Below are positions 27,037 to 38,471 of a stretch of DNA of 61,265 nucleotides, piece by piece. Under the pieces are notes generated by a model, which saw nothing but the letters and a program-made list of their open reading frames with translations, searched no databases and was not told the DNA's origin. This DNA is from an uncultured Gammaproteobacteria bacterium (GTDB lineage: Bacteria > Patescibacteriota > Microgenomatia > UBA8517), in the NCBI GenBank assembly GCA_964422865.1, contig CAYRCU010000004.1:1-61265 (forward strand), in the 5' to 3' direction. The first letter of the stretch is position 1. Each line of letters starts with the position of its first letter. The translations under genes were made by a program, and so were the position numbers.

Positions 27037-28276
27037 TTGTTGATAATTTTTCGATTAGCTGAACATGAGAAAGAGTTTCTTGGGATCCTGTCTCCATGTT
27101 TTTGAGAATCGCCTTTTTTCCTGTTTGTTCTTCGGTGCCTATTATTACTACATAGAGGAAGCCGTTTTTGTTTGCGTATTTGAGTTGTTTTTGGATGCTG
27201 TCTGTATTATTTGGATATAGCTCTGCCGGTATTTTGTTCTTTCTTAGTAATGAGGCTACTTTGATTGAGGAAAGAGTTGTCTGTTTGTCAAAAACAGTGA
27301 CGAGAATTTTTTCTTGTGTTTGCTTTTGCGGGAGCAAGTTAAGTGTTTTTGCACCTTCCATGATTCTATCTAGGCCAAAAGATATTCCGACAGCCGGGGT
27401 GGCTGGGCCGCCAATTTTTTCAATTAGTTTATCGTAGCGGCCGCCCCCTGCAAATGACCCGATGGGCACTTCCGGGATTGTTATTTCCAGGATAAGCCCT
27501 GTGTAGTAGTCAAGCCCTCTTGCCAGGGTTGGAGTGAATTTGATGGACTTTTCAGGTGTTCCAAGGTTTATTGCAGTGTTTGTAATTTCATTTAGCTTTG
27601 CTGTGGGTTTTTGACTGTTGATGTCATCCAGAGCTTTTAGTGCCTGGTCTTTGTCGAGTCCTTTTTGGGACAGCTCTTCGATTATTTTTGACTTTGAAAT
27701 TTTGTCCAGTTTGTCTATGGATTGGATTATGGAAAGGGTATTTACTTTGTTGTTTTCGTATTTTTTTAGTGTGTTAAAGAGCAATTGTCTGTCGTTTATG
27801 TTTATATTGATTGTTTCAAAGCCGATGTTTTTAAATAGAAGGTAGGCGCAGGAGAGTATTTCTGCGTCTGCCAGGGGAGATGTGCTTCCGAAGATATCCA
27901 CGTCACATTGGGTAAACTCCCGATATCGGCCTTTTTGAGGTTTGTCTGCACGAAAGACAGACTGAATTTGGAAACGGCGGAAAAATTTGGGAAGCTCGGC
28001 TTTGTATTGTGCGAGGACGCGGGATGTTGGGACTGTGAGGTCGTAGGGTAGTGCAACTTTTCTGCCCCCTCGATCCTTGAATGAATATATTAGTTTATCT
28101 GCGTCGGTGCCGTATTTACCCAGAATTGTGTCAGCATACTCGAGAGTGGGTGTTTGGATTTCTTCAAATCCGAAGAGACTGAAAACCTCTCTTATTTTTT
28201 GCAGCACAAATTCTCTTTTTTTCTTCTGCTGGGGGAGAAAGTCGCGAAACCCTTTTAGTGTTCGAGGTTTATTCAT
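27029..28276 (-). CDS. hisS: Histidine--tRNA ligase
   Basis: KGFRDF, YDLTVP, KPQKGRYREFTQCD, RGLDYYTG, GGGRYD. Confidence 0.97.
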   Translation of the reverse strand: MNKPRTLKGFRDFLPQQKKKREFVLQKIREVFSLFGFEEIQTPTLEYADTILGKYGTDADKLIYSFKDRGGRKVALPYDLTVPTSRVLAQYKAELPKFFRRFQIQSVFRADKPQKGRYREFTQCDVDIFGSTSPLADAEILSCAYLLFKNIGFETINININDRQLLFNTLKKYENNKVNTLSIIQSIDKLDKISKSKIIEELSQKGLDKDQALKALDDINSQKPTAKLNEITNTAINLGTPEKSIKFTPTLARGLDYYTGLILEITIPEVPIGSFAGGGRYDKLIEKIGGPATPAVGISFGLDRIMEGAKTLNLLPQKQTQEKILVTVFDKQTTLSSIKVASLLRKNKIPAELYPNNTDSIQKQLKYANKNGFLYVVIIGTEEQTGKKAILKNMETGSQETLSHVQLIEKLSTNE

Positions 28277-28296
28277 ATTAGTAATGTTATATTTTT

Positions 28297-28325
28297 AACA
28301 AACAAAAAACCAGCCTTAGCTGATT
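28297..28325 (-). terminator. Probable intrinsic terminator
   Basis: Minus strand CAGC-TAAG-GCTG followed by GTTTTTTGTTTG just after the 28338 stop. Confidence 0.5.
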
Positions 28326-28337
28326 GGAGTGGTCAAA

Positions 28338-29282
28338 CTATTGAATGATGAAGATGGTCCGAGCTATTGGAACGGTGTCTTCGTTTTTTTCTCCGACTAT
28401 GATTAAGATTAATTTTGAGCCTTCGTCTATATATTTCAATGATGATTTTTCTGCTTCATTCTCTTCTGAAATAGTGTAAACCGTGGGTTTGTCGGAAGTG
28501 TCAATTTTTTCTTTATCCAGGGTGATTGTGTTTTTGGTGTAGTCAGTGACAAGACCTGCAACGGGCTTGATAGCCATTTGTTCCGGTGGGGTTGAGATTA
28601 GAACTCTTTTTGCTTCAAGAATTTTATTTCCGTTTCTTGTTCCAAGGGCCGCGACAAAATCTCCGATTGCTACATCTGAGAAGGTAATGTTTTTTGTTGT
28701 TTTTATGATGTTTGCAAAGGAAGTTTCGCTTGGCTTGACCGTGACTTGTTTTATTTCCCCATCTTTTGAGCGGAGCTGTATGGTGTCTTCCGCGATGTCG
28801 GTGAGTGTACCGGTGTAGGAAGTTAAGCTCGCTTTTTCTTGGGGAGAGTCTACGTCTATTTCCGTGGTGTGAATTACGCTGATGAGCTTTTCGGATTGGT
28901 TGTTGTTTAGAGAGAAGATTTTGATTTGATTGATTCCACCCTCGAGCTTGATGATGGAGCTGAATTCGCCTGAGTCGGATGATTTTGTCAGATAGTCTTT
29001 GTTGGGGGTGGAGATAATTACAAAGGAGCCGGGAGCGGTGATACCTTGAATGTTTGTTTCGGGATCAATAATGACGGCGTTTTCCTCGGGGCTTAGGATT
29101 GCGAGAGTTTTTGGAATTTCTTTGTTTGATTCTTTGTTGTTGGTTGAGGTGTTTGAAGTTGTCGTCGGTTCGGGGCTTTTTCTTACTTTTTCTATAGTTG
29201 AGGATGCTTTCCAAATTCCAAAGGCCACGACTAGCCCAAGCAGGGTTCCGAAAAAGATTGCCAATAGGACTTCCTTTTGCAT
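28338..29282 (-). CDS. Membrane-anchored hypothetical protein (Ig-like plus OB-like beta domains)
   Basis: N-terminal TM; L.ILSPE...I.G.T.P...GEFS..I.L..G.N.I Ig-like pattern. Confidence 0.75.
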   Translation of the reverse strand: MQKEVLLAIFFGTLLGLVVAFGIWKASSTIEKVRKSPEPTTTSNTSTNNKESNKEIPKTLAILSPEENAVIIDPETNIQGITAPGSFVIISTPNKDYLTKSSDSGEFSSIIKLEGGINQIKIFSLNNNQSEKLISVIHTTEIDVDSPQEKASLTSYTGTLTDIAEDTIQLRSKDGEIKQVTVKPSETSFANIIKTTKNITFSDVAIGDFVAALGTRNGNKILEAKRVLISTPPEQMAIKPVAGLVTDYTKNTITLDKEKIDTSDKPTVYTISEENEAEKSSLKYIDEGSKLILIIVGEKNEDTVPIARTIFIIQ

Positions 29283-29302
29283 ATATTTAGTGAAGTGGGC
29301 AA

Positions 29303-29331
29303 AATATACTTAATATCCGGGCGATTGTCAA
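29303..29331 (-). promoter_or_regulatory. Sigma70 promoter TTGACA-17-TATATT
   Basis: Consensus -35 and 17 nt spacer upstream of ATG 29282. Confidence 0.65.
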
Positions 29332-29411
29332 TCCTGTATGGTGTTTTTTAATTATTTTTTGTTTTCCAGCTATGGACAAGTTTTTGTGGTTTTGCTAGGA
29401 TGGGTTGCTAT

Positions 29412-30062
29412 ATGGATATACAGTATTTAGGACATTCTTCGTTTAAGATTCAGGGGAAAAACATCTCTTTGGTTATAGATCCCTTTTCTCCTGATGAAGT
29501 GGGTTTGAATTTTCCTAAAGTGAAATCTGAGATTGTTCTTGTGACTCATGATCATCTTGATCACAATAGAGCGGATTTGGTGGGGGAGACCAGGATGGTT
29601 ATAGATAGTCCTGGGGAATATGAAATTGGTGGAGTAACGGTGATTGGGATAGATTCTTTTCATGATAATAAGAAGGGAGCTCTGCGCGGTAAGAATACGA
29701 TTTACTCTATTGAAGTTGATGATATTGTAATTTGCCACTTGGGAGATTTGGGGCATAAGTTGTCTGAGAAGCAAATCAGCGAGATTGGAATGGTGGAGGT
29801 TTTGATGGTTCCAGTCGGCGGGGTTTATACGATAGGCCCGGAGGAGGCAGTTTCTGTGGTGCAGTCTGTTGAACCCAAGTACATAATCCCAATGCATTAT
29901 CGGGTGGAGAAGTTAAAGCTGTCGAAAGCTTCCGAGATGGCTGGGGTGGATGAATTTATAAAAACAATGGGTGTTAAGTTTGAAAAAATGGATAAGTTAA
30001 GTATCAAGCAGGGGAGCCTGCCCTCTGATGATCAGATTGTTGCCCTTCTTGAAAAGAAGTAA
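29412..30062 (+). CDS. Metallo-beta-lactamase-fold hydrolase
   Basis: YLGHSSF, THDHLDH, HLGD, PMHY. Confidence 0.9.
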   Translation: MDIQYLGHSSFKIQGKNISLVIDPFSPDEVGLNFPKVKSEIVLVTHDHLDHNRADLVGETRMVIDSPGEYEIGGVTVIGIDSFHDNKKGALRGKNTIYSIEVDDIVICHLGDLGHKLSEKQISEIGMVEVLMVPVGGVYTIGPEEAVSVVQSVEPKYIIPMHYRVEKLKLSKASEMAGVDEFIKTMGVKFEKMDKLSIKQGSLPSDDQIVALLEKK

Positions 30063-30096
30063 AAGTAAACTTCTTGCGAAAATTATAAAATAGTAG

Positions 30097-31416
<1,320 letters not shown>

Positions 31417-31463
31417 TTTTTTCCTTGAGATTGGATTATAAGTCTGTTTATAATTATGGTTGA

Positions 31464-33683
31464 GTGAATATGAGAGCAAAGAAGCTTTTTGGTAAATATG
31501 GTGTGTACAGGATTTTCTTAGCTTTTTTGTTTTTTGCTTTTTTACTGCTTACTACTCACCAAACTACTTTTGCCTATTACACCAATATGCCCGCCAGTGT
31601 AGTAATCGGCCAACCCGACTTTACTTCTAGCTCTTCTGGTACGAGTAGAACCAGTCTTTGGGCTGATGGCGATGGCGGACTTTTTGTTGACAATAAAGGG
31701 AGACTAATTGTGGCAGATCATGGAAATAACAGAGTGTTGATCTGGAATGAAATTCCCACAGAGAATAATGCTCCAGCAGATTTGGTTCTAGGTCAACCCA
31801 ATTTCACCTCAAATTCTCAGGGAACTTCAGCCTCTACCATGAAAGAACCTAAACAAGTATATTCAGACGGCAACCGTCTTTTTGTTGCTGATAGGCTTAA
31901 CGGTAGGGTGCTCATCTGGAACACATTTCCCACGCAAAATGGTCAAGCCGCCGATATTGTTGTGGGCCAGCCGGATTTTACAACAGCACAACAACTGTGC
32001 AATCAATCTAACTTTAACAATCGCACCTCTGGAGTGTGGGTGTATGATAATAAACTGCTTGTTTTAGAGCGAAATCAAAACCGCGTATTAATCTGGAATG
32101 AGGTTCCAACTACGAACTATGAACCTGCAGATGTAGTATTGGGTCATTCAGACTTTACAACATGCACTTCTGAAAGCACTTCAGCCAGCTCAATAGGGGG
32201 AGGCTTCGGAACTTTAATGGTCGACAGTAATGGACGCCTATATCTTTCTGATGCTGGCAGAAACAGGGTTATGGTCTGGAATACTATTCCTACAACTAAT
32301 AACACTCCAGCCGATATTGTAATTGGCCAGCCGGATTTTACTACTGAGAGTTCAGATGCAACAGGCAACAAGCTTAATGGCGCTAAGTATTTATATTCAA
32401 ACGGAAAGCGTATCTTTTTGTCTGATCAAGGCAATCATCGCGTATTAATCTACAATTCCATTCCATCAACAAATGGAGCTAGTGCTGATTTAGTACTTGG
32501 GCAAGATGATTTTACAAGTACATCTGCTAACGGAGGTGAAGGTACATCTGCTACTGGATTTTATGCCCCTTCTGGAATATTTGAATATGATAACAAGTTA
32601 ATTGTTATGGATGATTTTAATAATAGAATTTTAGTCTTTGACAACATTATTTCCACTCCAGGGTTGGATGTTGACACTAGTCCGGAGCCTCTTTCTGATG
32701 GGCGTTTTAAGTTTAAAGGCAATGTTGTTTTGGGGGAGCGGGATCGCTATGCTTTGCAAAAGGTGGAGGTGTCTGTCAATGGTGAAAGCTTTGCTCCTGT
32801 TACTTCTCTGGGTGGGGGACGAGATGACGGCCCTGGCTCAACCAGATATGAATTTTGGCATGAGTTTAGTCCTTGGGTGAGCATGGATGGGGTGAGCCGG
32901 GAAACCTGGAATAGTGACCTTGGCTATACTCTAAAAGTTAAGGCCAGTTCTTTCAATGCTGATGACTCCACCTTGTTCTTTTTTGCACCTTTTAAGTTTT
33001 TGAGCTTTACAGACGGTCCCCTTCAAACTTTTAAGTTTTCTGTTCCCAGTAAACACACCCAAAGAGTCAGAGACAATCTTGATCACTTTGAAATTTGGGT
33101 GAAAAAGGAAAATGGGGAATGGAGCCAATATGTTTCTGATATTTCCACCTCTCAGATTAATACGGATACCGGGGAAGTGTCGTACTCCAAGGTTAACACT
33201 CTGAGTGGAGGGAAATATGAAATTAAGGTTGTGGCTGTTTCTAAGGATTCTGGGTGGAGACAGGACAGCAACATCCTAACTCAGGAACTTTCCGGAGTTT
33301 CCTTTAATAATCCCCTTAGTCTGCCCATTTCAAGTACCCTTCCCCTTCAGCTTAATAGCATTGCGGGAGCAAATACGGGTATTCTTTCCACTTTTAATAT
33401 TGGTGCTATCAAGCAAAGTTATACTGCCACTATCCTTGACACTACCTTTACAGGTATCTCATATGCTTTTTCTGAAATTAGCCTTACAGTTACGAATAAT
33501 GAGACCGGGGAGTACAAAACTTACAAGACTACAGTGAGGCCTGATTCTACTTTTACTCTTCCGGTTAGCTTGTATCCTTCTTCTACTATTGACATTTCCA
33601 GCTATCACTTCTTAACCAATCAATTTAATCTCCTTCCCAGTTTTGTTTTGGAGTTGAGTGTGCCGGTGTCTGCTGCTCCTTAG
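31464..33683 (+). CDS. Secreted NHL-repeat beta-propeller surface protein with Ig-like C-terminal domains
   Basis: Signal peptide (TFA-Y); about six ~60 aa repeats D..N.RVLIWN.IPT.N..PADxVxGQPDFT. Confidence 0.85.
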   Translation: MNMRAKKLFGKYGVYRIFLAFLFFAFLLLTTHQTTFAYYTNMPASVVIGQPDFTSSSSGTSRTSLWADGDGGLFVDNKGRLIVADHGNNRVLIWNEIPTENNAPADLVLGQPNFTSNSQGTSASTMKEPKQVYSDGNRLFVADRLNGRVLIWNTFPTQNGQAADIVVGQPDFTTAQQLCNQSNFNNRTSGVWVYDNKLLVLERNQNRVLIWNEVPTTNYEPADVVLGHSDFTTCTSESTSASSIGGGFGTLMVDSNGRLYLSDAGRNRVMVWNTIPTTNNTPADIVIGQPDFTTESSDATGNKLNGAKYLYSNGKRIFLSDQGNHRVLIYNSIPSTNGASADLVLGQDDFTSTSANGGEGTSATGFYAPSGIFEYDNKLIVMDDFNNRILVFDNIISTPGLDVDTSPEPLSDGRFKFKGNVVLGERDRYALQKVEVSVNGESFAPVTSLGGGRDDGPGSTRYEFWHEFSPWVSMDGVSRETWNSDLGYTLKVKASSFNADDSTLFFFAPFKFLSFTDGPLQTFKFSVPSKHTQRVRDNLDHFEIWVKKENGEWSQYVSDISTSQINTDTGEVSYSKVNTLSGGKYEIKVVAVSKDSGWRQDSNILTQELSGVSFNNPLSLPISSTLPLQLNSIAGANTGILSTFNIGAIKQSYTATILDTTFTGISYAFSEISLTVTNNETGEYKTYKTTVRPDSTFTLPVSLYPSSTIDISSYHFLTNQFNLLPSFVLELSVPVSAAP

Positions 33684-33701
33684 GCGGGCGCATTGTGTCT
33701 G

Positions 33702-33787
33702 TGCCGCGAGTCGGACTCGAACCGACACGGGAGATTAATCCCACAGGTTTTTGAGACCTGCGTGTCTACCTGTTCCACCATCGCGGC
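33702..33787 (-). tRNA. tRNA-Leu(CAA)
   Basis: GCCGCGA acceptor stem, CAGGT-CTCAAAA-ACCTG anticodon arm, long variable arm, GGTTCGAGTCC T-arm; CCA not encoded. Confidence 0.95.
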
Positions 33788-33848
33788 GTGTGTATATATT
33801 ATATCTCTTTGAGTTGAAAGTTTCACTTGCAGCTGGTTTAATAGGATC

Positions 33849-34412
33849 ATGATTTCGGCTACTGACTTAAAAAAAGGGATCACATTTAAAAAGGATGGGA
33901 AGCTGTATAAGGTTGTAAAGTATGATCATCAGAAGATTGGTAGAGGCGGGGCCAATGTTAAACTTAGTCTTAGGAATTTGGAGACGGGGAGTTTGGAAGA
34001 TTATACGTTTGGCTCCAGCAATAAGTTTGATGAGGTAAGGACAGAAAAGAGGCCTTTGCAATATTTATATAATGACGGGAATGACGCGAGTTTTATGGAT
34101 ACTAAGACTTTTGAGCAAGTAAGTGTTCCTTTGAGTGTGTTGGGAGATGATATTTTGTACATAAAGGAAGGGGAGATTGTGGATGTTTTGTTTGCTGAAG
34201 GAAGGGCTCTTTCCGTGGAGATTGCGCCGAAGGTTGTTTTAAAAGTTGAAGTGACTGCTCCGGGTGTTAAGGGAAACAGTGCTACTAATATTTACAAGTC
34301 TGCGGAGCTTGAGAATGGTCTTAATGTTAAGGTGCCTTTGTTTATTAAGGTGGGGGATAGAGTTAGAATTGACACGAGAACCGGCCAGTATGTGGAGAGG
34401 GTAAATAATTAG
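33849..34412 (+). CDS. efp: Elongation factor P
   Basis: DLKKG, LQYLY.DG...FMD..TFEQ, PGVKGNS, VPLFI..GD...IDTRTG.Y. Confidence 0.96.
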   Translation: MISATDLKKGITFKKDGKLYKVVKYDHQKIGRGGANVKLSLRNLETGSLEDYTFGSSNKFDEVRTEKRPLQYLYNDGNDASFMDTKTFEQVSVPLSVLGDDILYIKEGEIVDVLFAEGRALSVEIAPKVVLKVEVTAPGVKGNSATNIYKSAELENGLNVKVPLFIKVGDRVRIDTRTGQYVERVNN

Positions 34413-34873
34413 TGGTAGATGACAAAGAGAGAGAGGATAATGGTTGTAATTTGAGTTAATATTCCGGGAATGAAAGTTGTGTCTACCTGGAGAGTGCGCT
34501 CGTAATCAACCCACTTTTTTAGGATACCTTTCCTTAAGTTTTTAAAGAGAAAGAAGGGGTATTTTACGACATCCGGAAGTACCGATAGAAAGCAGCAGAT
34601 GATAATGAAGAGCACTTTGCCGACGTCGGGAAGGGCTTGTCCTGCTACGAAAAGCCCAAGGCTTGAGGCTAATGTGATGTCAGCAGCAGCGATTGAGAGG
34701 GTTTTTTTAGTTGGGTATCCGAACTTTTGGGTTTCTGTATAAGTGTGGGGATTCCAGTGGGGGATTTTATCGAGAAGAAAGTGACTTGCAAGACAAAGCG
34801 GCAGAGCTATTAGGGGGTTGGAGATTGATATTGCTATAGCGGCTCCAACTGCAACGTGAGGCGTTTCAAGCAT
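34409..34873 (-). CDS. Small membrane protein with putative metal-binding His/Asp motifs
   Basis: TPHVAVG, SHFLLDKIPHW, LPD; several TMs. Confidence 0.75.
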   Translation of the reverse strand: MLETPHVAVGAAIAISISNPLIALPLCLASHFLLDKIPHWNPHTYTETQKFGYPTKKTLSIAAADITLASSLGLFVAGQALPDVGKVLFIIICCFLSVLPDVVKYPFFLFKNLRKGILKKWVDYERTLQVDTTFIPGILTQITTIILSLFVIYH

Positions 34874-34899
34874 TTTGCTTTGTCTATGATATACTTTTC

Positions 34900-35550
34900 A
34901 TGAAATTTATGTCAATTACTGGGTTTTTGGCAGCTTCGATTTTGGCTTTTTTCCCTTATTTGTTTTTTTATTGGAGAAGACTTAGGGAGGATTATGAGCA
35001 GGAAAAAATTTTTACCAGTGGGATTGTGATGTATATGTCTTGTTTGGTAGGAGGAGTTTTGGTGGGAAAGTACGCTCCTTCTTTTTTCCGAAAAAGCGAA
35101 ATTTTTGACCCCTTGGGTTTGTGGTTTTGGGGTGGTGTGGTTTTTTATTTTTTGTCGCTTTTTTGGGTTGTTTTCTATGAAAAATTAAGATTTTTTGAGG
35201 TTTTTGAGGCTTCTTCTGTGGGACTTTTGTATTTGTATCTTTTTGTTTTTGCCGTGGGTTTTGTTTTGCTGGGTGACGCGAGGGTTTTGGTTGGTTCTTT
35301 GGCTGTGGTTTTGCTGATAGGTGTTTTTTATGTTTTGGATATGAAGTATAAGGGGTTTTCCTGGTATAAGTCCGGGAGAGTGGGCTTTTCGGGATTAACT
35401 ACTTTGGGGATGATGTTTCTTTTTCGTACTGTTGTTGCGGTAATAAATATTCCTATGATATCCTTTGTAGGAAAAATGGATGCTGTGATGTCTGGGGCTT
35501 TGGCGTTTTTGTTGTTTTTTTCGGTGTTTAATTTGTCTGAATTGCTATAG
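34900..35550 (+). CDS. Multi-pass membrane protein, possibly degenerate Lgt-like
   Basis: About 7 TMs; GLWFWGG resembles Lgt GxxFHGG; neighbours dksA-like and rluA-like genes. Confidence 0.5.
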   Translation: MKFMSITGFLAASILAFFPYLFFYWRRLREDYEQEKIFTSGIVMYMSCLVGGVLVGKYAPSFFRKSEIFDPLGLWFWGGVVFYFLSLFWVVFYEKLRFFEVFEASSVGLLYLYLFVFAVGFVLLGDARVLVGSLAVVLLIGVFYVLDMKYKGFSWYKSGRVGFSGLTTLGMMFLFRTVVAVINIPMISFVGKMDAVMSGALAFLLFFSVFNLSELL

Positions 35551-35552
35551 AG

Positions 35553-36011
35553 ATGAAAAAGAAAACTGTAACAAGAAAAAAGACGATGAGTGTAAAGAGG
35601 AGGGGTGTTGAAAGTGTTCGTGCTGTGGGAAAAGTTGCAAGCAGCACTTTTACTTATCCGGTTAGGCTGGTGAAGCCTGTTTCTATGTTTTTGAAGGATC
35701 AGTTGAAGAGACTTGAGAGAAGAAAGAAAAATGTGGAGGAGGATGATCCTTTTGTGAACTCTGATAGATTTGTGGATAACGCAGCGCCTGATGCGGATGC
35801 GGAAGAGCAATTCGGGCATGCAAGGACTTCTGCGGTAAAGAAGCAGCTTGAGGCGAAAATTAAGCAAACGAAAAGGGCTTTGAAGAGAATTAAAAAGGGA
35901 AAGTATGGGATTTGCGAGAAGTGCGGTAAGATGATTGACACTGACAGACTGAAGATTTATCCGGAGGCTACACTTTGTGTTAAGTGTGAAAGAGAGAGAA
36001 ACAGGAAGTGA
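35553..36011 (+). CDS. TraR/DksA C4 zinc-finger protein
   Basis: ALKRIKKGKYGICEKCG..I...RL..YPEATLCVKC. Confidence 0.92.
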   Translation: MKKKTVTRKKTMSVKRRGVESVRAVGKVASSTFTYPVRLVKPVSMFLKDQLKRLERRKKNVEEDDPFVNSDRFVDNAAPDADAEEQFGHARTSAVKKQLEAKIKQTKRALKRIKKGKYGICEKCGKMIDTDRLKIYPEATLCVKCERERNRK

Positions 36012-36727
36012 ATGATAGTTTTCCCGAGATTATTTTTGAAGATGACTACTTGTTGATTTTAAGTAAGCCCAGCGGGTGGATTGTGAATGATGCTTCTACT
36101 GTGGGGGAGACACCGACTATTCAGGCGTGGCTTTCTGGTAAGCATGATTTTTTGATATCGAAGTCAAGGGAGTTTAGAAGCGGCATTGTTCACAGGCTTG
36201 ATAAAGAGACCAGTGGGGTGTTGGTTGTGGCGAAAAACAAGCGGGTATTTGTCGAGCTTCAAAGGCAGTTTAAAGAGAGGGAGGTTAAAAAGAAATATTT
36301 AGCTTTGGTGCACGGGAGGGTAGTGCCCAGGGAGGGAAGCGTGAGTGTTCCTGTGGGGAGACTGCCTTGGAACAGAGAGAGGTTTGGGGTTTTACCCGGT
36401 GGGAGGCCTTCTCTTACGCGGTACAAGGTTACAGGTGATTACAGAAGGGGAGAGGAGAAGTTTAGCTTGATAGAGCTTTTTCCTGAAACCGGCAGGACGC
36501 ATCAGATTAGGATTCACATGAAGTACTTGGGACATCCATTAGTTTCTGACAGCTTTTATGCGGGGAGAAAGACCGCAAGGAGAGACAGAATTTGGTGTCC
36601 CAGGCTTTTTTTGCATGCCAGCGAGATTGTAATCGGGCATCCTCAGGACGGAAGAAAAATAAATGTTAAGGCGAAACTGCCCGGTGACCTTCAATCGGTT
36701 GTTGATAAACTTGAGCCTGTGGTTTAA
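36008..36727 (+). CDS. RluA/RluD-family pseudouridine synthase
   Basis: KPSG, GIVHRLDKETSG, TGRTHQIRIH, LFLHA. Confidence 0.95.
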   Translation: MNDSFPEIIFEDDYLLILSKPSGWIVNDASTVGETPTIQAWLSGKHDFLISKSREFRSGIVHRLDKETSGVLVVAKNKRVFVELQRQFKEREVKKKYLALVHGRVVPREGSVSVPVGRLPWNRERFGVLPGGRPSLTRYKVTGDYRRGEEKFSLIELFPETGRTHQIRIHMKYLGHPLVSDSFYAGRKTARRDRIWCPRLFLHASEIVIGHPQDGRKINVKAKLPGDLQSVVDKLEPVV

Positions 36728-36767
36728 AAAACTTGCTCGTTTTGCGCTTTCAGCGTAAACTTTTTTA

Positions 36768-38471
36768 GTGCAGGGTGAAGTAATACAGAGTTTGTTTTTT
36801 GTTTTAGTTTTGGCTTTAGTTGGTGGTTTTGCGGCCAGGTTGGTGAAAATTCCCGTCCTGGTTGGTTATTTGGTTGTTGGGATATTGGGGAGCTTGTTTT
36901 TTTCTCAAGATGGGATTGTTGTCGAGCTTTCTGAGATTGGGATGATTCTTCTTTTATTTTCTGTTGGGCTTGAGTTGTCGCTTTCAAAGCTTTCTCGGGT
37001 TGGCGGAGTGGCCGTGGTGGGGGCGATATTTCAGATGCTAATTGTCGGCAGTATATCTTTTTTGTTTTTGATATTGCTTGGGTTTGAGACGAATGTCTCT
37101 TTGGTTTTATCAAGCGGGTTTTCTTTGTCTTCTACTGCTGTCGTAGTCAAAATGCTTGAGGAGAGAGCTGAAACGGAATCGATCCATGGAGAGATAATGG
37201 TGGGTTGGCTTTTGACTCAGGATTTGGCGGTGGTCCCTATAATTTCTCTTATACCGGTTCTTTTGGCTGAGGGGGGAGGGGGTAGTTGGTTAAGTGTAGC
37301 CGGGAGCAGTCTTTTGATTTCGACTTTTATTCTTTCTTCCGTATTTTTTTTGGGGAGACTGGTTGCTCCTTTTTTGATTCACACGATAGCGTCGTCTAAT
37401 TCTCGGGAATTGATGGTGTTGGGTGGGGTCAGTTTGGCCTTGGGTACGGCGTATTTGGTTTCTTCTTTTGGGATTAGTGCTGCACTGGGTGCTTTTTTGG
37501 CGGGAGTGGTTTTGAGTGAGACTCAAGAGAATCATGCGGTTCTTGCTGAGACGCGGCCACTACGGGACTTGTTTGTTATTTTATTTTTTGTGACTTTGGG
37601 GATAATGGTTACGCCGAGTTTTTTGATTTCTCACCTTTTTGTAATCTTAGGGTTGGTGGTGTTTGTTTTGGTTTTGAAATTTGTGGTGGTTTATTTGGTG
37701 ATGTTGCTTTTGGGATATAGGGGCAAGGTTGTTTTGGCTACTTCTTTGGGGCTTTCCGAGATTGGTGAGTTTTCTTTTGTGATACTTATGTTAGGGAGAG
37801 AGGTGGGGATACTTAACGCGGAGACTACTTCTTTGGGTGTTTCTGTGGCTCTTATAACTCTTCTTATATCTCCGTTTTTGTTTAAATCTACGGGAGTAGT
37901 ATGGAGAAGGGTGAAGAAGCTTTCTAAGCTTATAGGACTTGAGGGCTTGTTGGTAGGAAAGAGGAATGTTTTTAGAGTGGAGGGAGAAGGAAAATATAAA
38001 AATCATGTAATAATTTGCGGATATGGAAGAATGGGGCGATGGGTGGGAAATGCACTTGAGGAGATTGGGGCTCCCTTTGTGGTTGTTGATTACAGTCAAA
38101 AGGTTATTCATGAAGCTCGAATGAGAGGGATTCCTGTTGTATATGGTGACCCCGCTGAGCCATCGGTTTTGGTGGAAGCTGGTTTAACGAGGGCACGTGC
38201 TTTGATTGTTGCGATTCCGGATCGTATTACTCAGGAGGAAGTGGTTGCTTATTGTCAGACGGTGGCTCCTACCTTGAAGGTTTTTGCAAGAGCACATCTT
38301 GATGAGGATGTTAAGAGACTTTCACGGTTGAAGGTAGAGAGGGTGGTTCAGCCCGAATTTGAAGCTTCGCTTTCTGTTGTGAAGGATGTTTTGAGATTGA
38401 TGGGGAAAGATAAGGATGAGGTTTCAAAAGAGCTAAAAAAGCTTAAGCGGCTGCATACTGTTTCATTGTGA
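36768..38471 (+). CDS. CPA2 cation:proton antiporter with TrkA-N domain (KefB/KefC-like)
   Basis: LLFSVGLE, LSSTAVV, QDLAVVP, GAFLAG, IGEFSF; ICGYGRMG Rossmann. Confidence 0.93.
   Translation: MQGEVIQSLFFVLVLALVGGFAARLVKIPVLVGYLVVGILGSLFFSQDGIVVELSEIGMILLLFSVGLELSLSKLSRVGGVAVVGAIFQMLIVGSISFLFLILLGFETNVSLVLSSGFSLSSTAVVVKMLEERAETESIHGEIMVGWLLTQDLAVVPIISLIPVLLAEGGGGSWLSVAGSSLLISTFILSSVFFLGRLVAPFLIHTIASSNSRELMVLGGVSLALGTAYLVSSFGISAALGAFLAGVVLSETQENHAVLAETRPLRDLFVILFFVTLGIMVTPSFLISHLFVILGLVVFVLVLKFVVVYLVMLLLGYRGKVVLATSLGLSEIGEFSFVILMLGREVGILNAETTSLGVSVALITLLISPFLFKSTGVVWRRVKKLSKLIGLEGLLVGKRNVFRVEGEGKYKNHVIICGYGRMGRWVGNALEEIGAPFVVVDYSQKVIHEARMRGIPVVYGDPAEPSVLVEAGLTRARALIVAIPDRITQEEVVAYCQTVAPTLKVFARAHLDEDVKRLSRLKVERVVQPEFEASLSVVKDVLRLMGKDKDEVSKELKKLKRLHTVSL

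Noticed and set aside
31550-32650. Diversity-generating retroelement TR/VR pair among the NHL repeats
   Set aside because: DNA similarity between repeats is short and tracks protein repeats; no adenine-specific mismatch pattern and no reverse transcriptase in the window.
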